Source: Octopus sinensis (lineage: Eukaryota). Taken from it: a stretch of 56,645 bases of DNA. How positions within the stretch are numbered: the stretch's first letter is position 1; each line of letters opens with the position of its first letter. The notes beneath the pieces were generated by a model. It did not search any database. It was not told the origin of the DNA and saw only the letters and a program-made list of their open reading frames with translations. Below, one piece after another: positions 48,700 to 56,645 of the stretch. The stretch spans positions 1-56,645 of the forward strand of contig NW_021829885.1 of assembly GCF_006345805.1 (NCBI RefSeq), given 5' to 3'. Made by a program: the position numbers and the translations under genes.

Positions 48700-50374
48700 T
48701 TCCGGCACCTATGACAGACGAAAATCGTCAGCTATGATCTATAGCTATGCTTTAATAGACCAAGCACCTATATCAGAGGATCTCCTAAAGGCTTATAACG
48801 CAGTGTTCGGTGTTCTATGAAGGTATCCTTAAAGTTAAAATCACCTTAAAGTTTAGCATTTCGATTCTAATTTATGCGTTTGTGTATATAACTCAGCCAA
48901 TGAAGCTGCCTTTGTTTTACCTATAAAATTTAATCTATAATTTTCGTCTATAGAGTTTGAATCCCCTATTACTCATAGAATGGAATCACCGAATATCAAT
49001 TAAATATAGAATCATCAATTCAAATATCTGTAGGATAAAATATATAATATATATATACCATAAAAATGGGAACAATTTTCTAGTATTGACATCAATCTTC
49101 ATTTTTTAAATTATCTATGAATTATAGACTTTTAGCCAGTAGTAAAACGTAATTTTGTGCATTGATCTATTAATCAATGAATTTATAGTTTTGCTTAAAT
49201 TTTGTAAGCTTATTGCTTATAGATTTTATCCTATTGATGAATAGTTTTTTTTAAACATTACTTTTGATATAAAAATCTCAATAATTTTTGTATATATTTA
49301 TAAATGCCTCATAAATTCTTAGGCCTAGCAAAATTTAATCAACCTATAGATAAGCATATAATTTAACCTAAGAGTATTTATTATAATGTATATATTTATT
49401 GGACAAATCAAATTATAATTTTTAATAGCATATAATTTAACCTATAGCTTTAAGCTTATTGGTTGGTGTATTGCTTAGCTTATATATTTTAACCTATAAC
49501 TTCGTCTTACAATCAGCCTATAAATTGGCTGATTTATAGGTAAAAATCGGTAAAAAATGGTTGGGAACCTCTTAGTTAAACAATTCAGCTTTGAAATTGA
49601 ACGCAAGCTAATGCCAACGGTCAAATAACAGGCAGTTAAACGCTTTATTCTTATCTATCTACTACCTTTGATTGATGTTAAGGGTGTTATTGAAATGATA
49701 CCAAGTTGAGATAGATATTAACTGTCAATGACAACTACAGTTTGACTTGACTTTCTGTCCGGTTTCTTATGTCCACTCGAAGTGCTTCGTTTGCTATTAA
49801 AAATATCAGATAAAATAGAAAAGTATGCTAGGAAGTTCACAGAAGAGTTAGTCTTAGTTTCCCGACATTCACTAGAGGAATATATCTTTAACATTATTGC
49901 TAGAGGTGTTTGAAAGGGTGAAAGGCCACAACCAAATAATGGTATCAAGTTGGCTGGAACCATGGTTTGTGCTGCTATGCGAATATTGTTCACATTGGAT
50001 AGGATTGTGAGAAAATTTGTTGAGGTGAGAAAGACCATCTTGGAATGGGACGAATCGATACGTAAGATGCTGGGAACACCGATGGATACCCCACGAATAA
50101 AAAAGAAAAAGTAGACGAGATATTTTAATCAAAGTAATTTGTCATATTGAAGAGAAGAACCATGTGACCAAAGCAATTGGTTTTGGAAGCCAATATGCAT
50201 GGGTATCATGGAAGAACTTCATGGAAGATAGCGACGAAACTTAAATCGATTCAAACCGTTAATAAAATAATATGAATCCTACAAAATGTATTGAGTGCCA
50301 CTTTCTTTCTTTTGTCCATTCACTCGTATACACACACCCATATATGCATGCATGCATGTATGTATATATTCTTT

Positions 50375-50625
50375 TATTCTTTTACTCGTTTCAGCCATGC
50401 GGCTGCTGCCATGCTGGAGCATCACCGCGGTCTTATTGACTTCCTCAGTCTGCGGTGTTTCACATCACCACCCCTGTATGTGCCTTTGTCCCAGCTATTG
50501 GCCCATTTGGTGTATGAGAAAGTTTGATTCCGCTGCCCTCGTCTGCATCTCATGTGGGGTTGTTGGTTCATCCGGTATTGTGGAGTGGAGGATGTCTAGT
50601 TCCTTTTTGAAGATATCTACTTATT
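50375..50625 (-). mobile_element. Short CR1 3'-end fragment
   Basis: 50510-50620 aligns with 31660-31770 (GCTGCCCTC.TCTGC...GTTGGTTCATC.GG...). Ends in TTTTACTCGTTTCAGCC...GCCATGCTGGAGCATCACCGC. Confidence 0.75.
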
Positions 50626-50662
50626 CAGATTTCTTAATTTTTGTGGTAGGTGTGTATGTATG

Positions 50663-50696
<34 letters not shown>

Positions 50697-50900
50697 TGTA
50701 TGTATGTATGTATGTATGTATGTATGTATGCATGTATGTATGTATGTATGTATGTATGTATGTATGTATGTATCTATCTATCTATATCTATCTCTCTCTC
50801 TCTCTATATATATATATACACACATAGACATACACCAGCACATTCACATATATACATCTACGTGCGTATATGTATGTATCTCTCTCTCTCTCTCTCTCTA

Positions 50901-50940
<40 letters not shown>

Positions 50941-51282
50941 TACAGATATCGACCAGCACATTCACATATACACATCTACGTGCGTATATGCATGTATGTA
51001 CGTATGTACATATGTATGTATGTGCGTGTGTGTGTGTGTTTTCGCGCGCACACTTATATTGCTTTTTGGCTATTTTATACTATTTCCTATCTGTTTATTA
51101 ATTTTCTGTATTACTTTCCGAATTCCAGTCGTTACCCCAACTCCTTGATCTCCCATAACTTGTAACTTATGGAGATGCATACGAAACGTAACTATTCACA
51201 ACCATCGCATAAAGCAATCATCCCTCACCCCACGACCATGTTCTTGCCAAGCTAAATGATTTTCCATTAAGTGAATATTAGT

Positions 51283-51295
51283 AGGTCAAAGGTCA
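51283..51295 (+). promoter_or_regulatory. Perfect DR1 nuclear-receptor element AGGTCA-A-AGGTCA (candidate only)
   Basis: Exact 13-mer in a non-repetitive island of about 350 bp; function not shown. Confidence 0.3.
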
Positions 51296-51621
51296 GTCGC
51301 TATTTCCTCCCCGTAGGGTATGCGAGCCTCAATTCACTAATTTAACAATTATTCCCCCGTAGCTTTCCTATCCTATAACTAAATTCCCTCTCTCATTTTT
51401 CTCATTTGTTCATTCTCACACGCATTTGTTCATTCTCACCCACCAACCCACCCCTACAAACGCACACAAACACACTTCTCTCTCTCTCTCTTTCTCTCTG
51501 CCTTTCTTCGTATCTCTCTTTGCTAGTCTGCACATCAGTTTCACCCCTCCATGTACGCATCTCTCTCTCTGCATATATATATATATATATATATAATAGA
51601 TATATATATATATGTATATAG

Positions 51622-51654
<33 letters not shown>

Positions 51655-51741
51655 ATATATCTATATATATATACATACATACATACATGCAACATACATA
51701 CAAAAAATATATAAATAAATAAATATATATATATGTATATA

Positions 51742-51781
<40 letters not shown>

Positions 51782-52005
51782 CTCACACACAATATGTATA
51801 TATATATACACACATATCTATATATACATACATGTATATATTATCTATATGTACATACACATAAATATGCCCATATACATACAAATTATATAAACACTCT
51901 ACACGTACATATAAATGCATGCACATACAGATAAATACACACACAAACGCATAATATGTTCAGACACACATACATGCATAGATACATGCATACACACACA
52001 TATAT

Positions 52006-52066
<61 letters not shown>

Positions 52067-52346
52067 AAATAAAAGAATATATATATTATATTGACTGTAT
52101 ATATACATAAAATACATATGAACAATAATATACATACACTATATATATTTTGTATGTAAAAATATGCGTATGTGTGTATAGAGAAAATATATCATACATG
52201 CATTGATGCACACTTACACATGCATATACAGCTTATACACACATACACTCATAAAACCAAATACATTTATAGACACTTTCACTCCTGTATATATGTATAT
52301 GACGGTATATGTATAAGTATATATGTGTGTATAAAATATATATGTA

Positions 52347-52395
<49 letters not shown>

Positions 52396-52835
52396 AATTA
52401 CCAATATAACACTCAGACTCTCATTGAATGTATTTCTTTATATTTTTGCCGTCTTAATTTTAAAACCAATCTAGGTGGCTACTGTAACAAGGCCACCGCT
52501 AGTTGCCTGGAACCAGTAATAGAGTAAAAAAAAAAAAGAGCTCTCTTTCTTTCTCGGCCTCTTAATCATTTTTTGTCTCCCACTCTTCCACCGTTTTCTT
52601 CTAGCATACCATTTCGAGTTTTCAGAAACTCCTTCCATATTATATATATTATAATCATTTCCAAGAATTCTCAGAATCTTGTTTTCATACATCTGTCTAT
52701 TCCTGATATTCAATCTATACATGTGTATATCTTTCAGTATTATTTTAAAAAATAAATATAGATTTTATCATTTGTGATAAAATCTCTCGTTTTGCGTGTG
52801 TGTGTGTGGGGTGTGTTGTATATATATGTATATGC

Positions 52836-52875
<40 letters not shown>

Positions 52876-52879
<4 letters not shown>

Positions 52880-54199
52880 AGTCCCAAAAAGATGTACTCA
52901 TTCATTGACTTCCCAGTACTCATGCATTTTGTGTTCAAGTAGATGTTTATTGATATACATATAATCCTAAAAAGTTGAATTAAATTCAGGAAAATAAATT
53001 GTTGTAGAAACCATTATTTATTGTCATTTACAATTGTTTAATGTTCTCTCCCATTCCTGCGTATTCGCAAATGTTCAAACTGACTTCCTTCATTTTCCAA
53101 ACAAAGCTGATAACGTCCAACAATGGATTCGACAACATTGCCAGACATTTCATTTGGAATTGCAAGACATTCTATTCGAATTTCATTTTTCAAATCATCA
53201 ATTGTTACTGGTTTTGCAGCGTAAACCTTATCTTTGAGATGTCCCTATAAAAAAAAAATCCATTGGCGTGAGGTCTGGGGAAATTCAACGCTACCTCTCC
53301 TCCCAATTCATTTGTTTGCCTCGAGGTAAACCCGTACACCACAATGGTAGTGAGAAGTTCCATCTTTCCGGAAGTAAATCTCCTCGTCCCCAAACATCTC
53401 TTCAATTCGTGGACCGACATTTTCCATCAGTAAGTTTAAATAAACTGGGCCACTGACAGTTTTGTCAAAAAAAAAAAAGGTCCAACGATACCCAATGTTG
53501 ACATCCCACACCACACTGTAACGCCTGGTAAGTTCAGATGGTGTTCCATAATAAATTGTGGATTTTCACGGGCACAGTATGTGCAATTATGTCGGTTGAC
53601 TGAACCACTTAACCTGAAGGTGGCCTCGTCACTCCATAAGATTTTCTCTGGAAACGTTGCATCCTCTGCGAATTTGTTCAGATACCATTCGCAAAATTGA
53701 ACTCTCCGATCAGGATCATCTTCATTGAGGGCTTGAATTAATGTTGGAACGTAACTTTTCCAATGAGCTCGTTTCAACATCCGACGAACACTCGATTTTG
53801 GGATTCCTATCACATGACTCAATTGTCTTACGGATTTCTTTGGAGATTGGTAAAGGGTTTCCATTAATTGGTGTTGTGTTCTATTGGGGCTGGTGGGTGT
53901 TCGTGGTCTTCCAGAGCGTTGCTTACTAAAATTCTGAACAGTTCCTTATGCTTCAAATTTATCTATTTATCAATAGTGCGTCGTGTTGGTGGTGTCTTCT
54001 GAAACTGTCTGTTAAATTGTCTTTGCACTTCCGTGACATTTTCGTGCTTCCAGTAGCACTTTAATATAATTTATTTCCTCAAACGTTAGTTGTGCATTTG
54101 CCATTTTGAAGGGGTGGTTGCGTCTGAAATAAAAAAAACAACAACAATACATTAGTAATCGTCTGTCAAAGAGTGAGTACATCTATTTGGGGCACCCTG
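52876..54199 (-). mobile_element. Full-length Tc1/mariner-superfamily DNA transposon relic (rosa/maT-like), about 1.32 kb
   Basis: TIRs AGGGAGTCCCAAAAAGATGTACTCATTCATTGAC (52876-52909) and, on the minus strand, CAGGGTGCCCCAAATAGATGTACTCACTCTTTGAC (54199-54165); TA flanks on both sides. Confidence 0.93.
53030..54104 (-). pseudogene. DDD transposase with N-terminal HTH, frameshifted
   Basis: MANAQLTFEE..KCYWKHENVTEVQRQF, SGRPRT, WSDEATF, VWCG, GPFFF, F..DG..H, PDLTPMDFF..GHLKDKVY. Small deletions lie between D2 and D3, so DD41D spacing is inferred rather than observed. Confidence 0.92.
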
Positions 54200-55149
54200 T
54201 TTATATATATATATATATAAAATTGCTTAAGGTAAAAATGAATTCCTCGCTCTTTCGGAAACATCAATCTTCTGTATTGACTGCTTTCCACCACTTTGAT
54301 CTGTTTTTGTATTGAATACGTATCGCCAACGTGGGCCACTGCATCGAACACTTTGAACATATAGCATGAATGAACTTACTTCAAACTATATATCAACTAT
54401 ACATGAACTCTAAGATGTCTGACTCGTTGTGTATTATAAATGATTTCTTGTGTTTGACGGCATGAGCTGTCTTTTTTTATATATAACTTTTTTTGATAAG
54501 GTTCATTTAGGAACTGAAACATGTTATAATGACAAATTATAAATTATATAAAAATTAAAAATGTATAATATAGCAGCATTTTCGAACTTCATTTTTTACA
54601 AAATATATATATTATATATATATATATACATACATACATATGCAGACCATAAATATATATCTTCAGCCTGTGTATATTGTTGTATGTATGTGTTTAATAT
54701 GTTTGAAAATTACTGAAAACATTCCCAGTACAAACTTACAACGGATCGCATTTTAGTATTTTTATAATCTAAGACAAATCTAACTCACACACACACACGT
54801 TATTTTTGTCTTAGGCTATATATATATATATATATATACATACATTTCAATGGTAGTACAAAGCTAATGATAATTGACTCCAAAAAGAGTCGAAACGTAC
54901 GTATAGCCTTTGTCCCTTTTCACTATTCGAAGACTTATTGTACATAGGAATTATTTACAATGGTCGTAACACACAATGTTGAATAGAAAAACAGAAACCT
55001 ATAGATACGTTCTATAGGACACCACAACATGTACACGCAACATTTCATATAAACATATGTACATATCCTGTATATTTGAAGTATGTGTTGCCTTCGTGAT
55101 AGTTAGGCATTCACCAATCACGACAGGTAATCTCTGCTCAGAAGCAAAT

Positions 55150-55815
55150 TTAAAATCTGCATGTAAGTGAAAGAGTGATGGAATCTTGTTTGAAAGCGAA
55201 CCAAATTTATCGTCGTTGTACTCAGAAGTCATGGGAAGCAGGAGGCTAAATTGTACGCTGGACTTGCAACTTATTGCACAATAGTGTGCAAGCTCCATCA
55301 TTCAATCGTCAAAAGAAGAAAGGTTGGTATGAATGCCAAACTAGCTACTTCTATTCGGTTTTCGCGTCTATCCCCAACTAAGGTCATGTTTGTTCAATAA
55401 TGACCGAAAGAGTACGACTGTGAATACAAGCTGCCGAAATGGAATTCCTCCGAAGGATCTCTGGAGTAACGTTTCTCGACAGATGACATAAGCTCGGAGG
55501 TCAGGGAATCCCTCCAGGTCGAGTTGTTACTTCTCTGCATTGAGAAGTCACAGCTCCAGTATTAAGGACATGTGATAAGAATGTCCAAGGAAAGAGTCGC
55601 TGGGCGAATTCTTCAAATCGAGCCAACCGGGAAGAGAGTTAGGGGTAGATTAAGAAACACATGGTCGGATAATATCTGTAATCTCAGTTGGCCACGCATG
55701 GTAATCCAGCAAGAAATTATAATGACGGTTTGCTTTTGATAGGACCCTATGGAGGAGGTGTCTGAGGACTTAAATTCCACGACCCTCCAGGGAATAGTGG
55801 ACAGAGATCGAAGGA
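55150..55815 (+). pseudogene. RTE-clade LINE 3' coding fragment
   Basis: LHHSIVKRRKVGMNAKL, IQAAEMEFLRRISG, EVRESLQVE..L..IEKSQL..GHVIRM, GKR.RGR.R.TW.D, FDRTLWRR. Confidence 0.85.
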
Positions 55816-56459
55816 TGAAACTATTATCAATAAATCCGCTAATCGAAGAAATATACAATAAAGTTGAAAATTGATCTGTGTCAAGCAAAGAATGAAATAG
55901 CTCCGGCTTATGTAAACCTATGATTTGCCGAAAAGGGTACTTCAGTAGCTAAATTACCCAACAACTCTTAATCTATAAAAGATTTAGTACATATGGGGAC
56001 ACACCTATAATGGAAGAATGCTTATATTGTAAGGTTAAGTTCAATAACTTAAGGATTCCGACTTACAGTACATTCCTGTCTGTGACTTAATATCAATTTC
56101 ACTAGAGGAAACAGTGAGAACTAGTATAAAAACTGTATGACAAGACTGGACTTTTGCATTACAGGTACAATCGAGCGAAGGGCTTCTATACAGTTTCCAT
56201 CTAAGTGATTTTCTTTGCCAGTTATAGATCGACCTAAGGCTATATAAAATGACACATGCTTAAAATATCATGCTGTGAGATTGTAGTTGCGAAGCGAACT
56301 TTTTGAACATTCGGTAAAGATTCGGCTATACTACACCTAAGATATATACATACACAAACACACACACACACACACACACACGCACCCCCCCCCACCGCCA
56401 CACAAGCGCGCACGCACACACACAGTCATACACAAACGGATACACACACACATTTAATC

Positions 56460-56645
56460 GTTTTCTTTTACTTTTTCAGTCATTGGACTGCAAACCATGA
56501 CTGGGTACCAGCTTGAGGAGCTGTAGTCGAACTACTATACCCATATTTATTTATTTCTCAAGTCTGGTACTTATTCTAGCGGTCTCTTTTGCCGAACCGT
56601 CATGTTATGGAACGTGAAAAGCACATCGTCAGTTGTCAAGCGGCA
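56460..56645 (-). mobile_element. SINE family A 3' half, diverged, cut by the window end
   Basis: TTTTTCAGTCATTGGACTGC...GGTACTTATTCTAGCGGTCTCTTTTGCCGAACCG. Confidence 0.8.

Larger units (their letters stand above)
47620..48830. mobile_element. Hammerhead-bearing small non-coding retroelement (retrozyme or Penelope pLTR-like), arranged as inverted plus partial-tandem copies
   Basis: Plus-strand repeats are offset by 342 nt (GATA-TGGGAATTCC at 48351 vs GATA-TTGGAATTCC at 48693). Left arm 47620-47790 plus 48241-48335 is the reverse complement of about 48515-48780. Confidence 0.8.

Noticed and set aside
54166-54360. 64-aa ORF next to the transposon as an exon
   Set aside because: Runs into (TA)n and the TIR; no recognisable domain

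Overview
AT-rich, microsatellite-saturated animal genomic DNA. The SINE families and repeat landscape look like octopus/cephalopod sequence, but that assignment is from recognition, not a search. No host protein-coding exon can be supported. Nearly all long ORFs are either low-complexity artefacts or broken transposon genes. Mobile elements present: a young GC-rich Tx1/L1-clade LINE ORF2 (18633-22468) and an older RT-deleted relic of the same family (about 1980-3890); a Penelope-like element (RT + GIY-YIG); two restriction-like-endonuclease LINE families, one in (TAA)n and one in (CATA)n; CR1 and RTE fragments; a full-length rosa/maT-type Tc1-mariner relic with TIRs; mariner ends; a Helitron-like piece; and more than 25 tRNA-derived SINE copies. 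The most notable signal not shown by the ORF track is a set of minimal type I hammerhead-ribozyme motifs of several unrelated sequence families. Five have an intact CUGANGA...GAAA core, one has a variant core, and a few are decayed. Most have a palindromic or near-palindromic stem III. One family forms a 342-nt tandem plus inverted, retrozyme-like unit at about 47620-48830. Other leads are apparent microsatellite-specific LINE targeting, a SINE/CR1 shared 3' tail, a 1-kb minisatellite packed with ETS/STAT/NF-kB-like motifs, a perfect DR1 nuclear-receptor element, and a splice acceptor inside the mariner-like transposon. All alignments and counts were done by eye. Boundaries are approximate unless exact bases are quoted.
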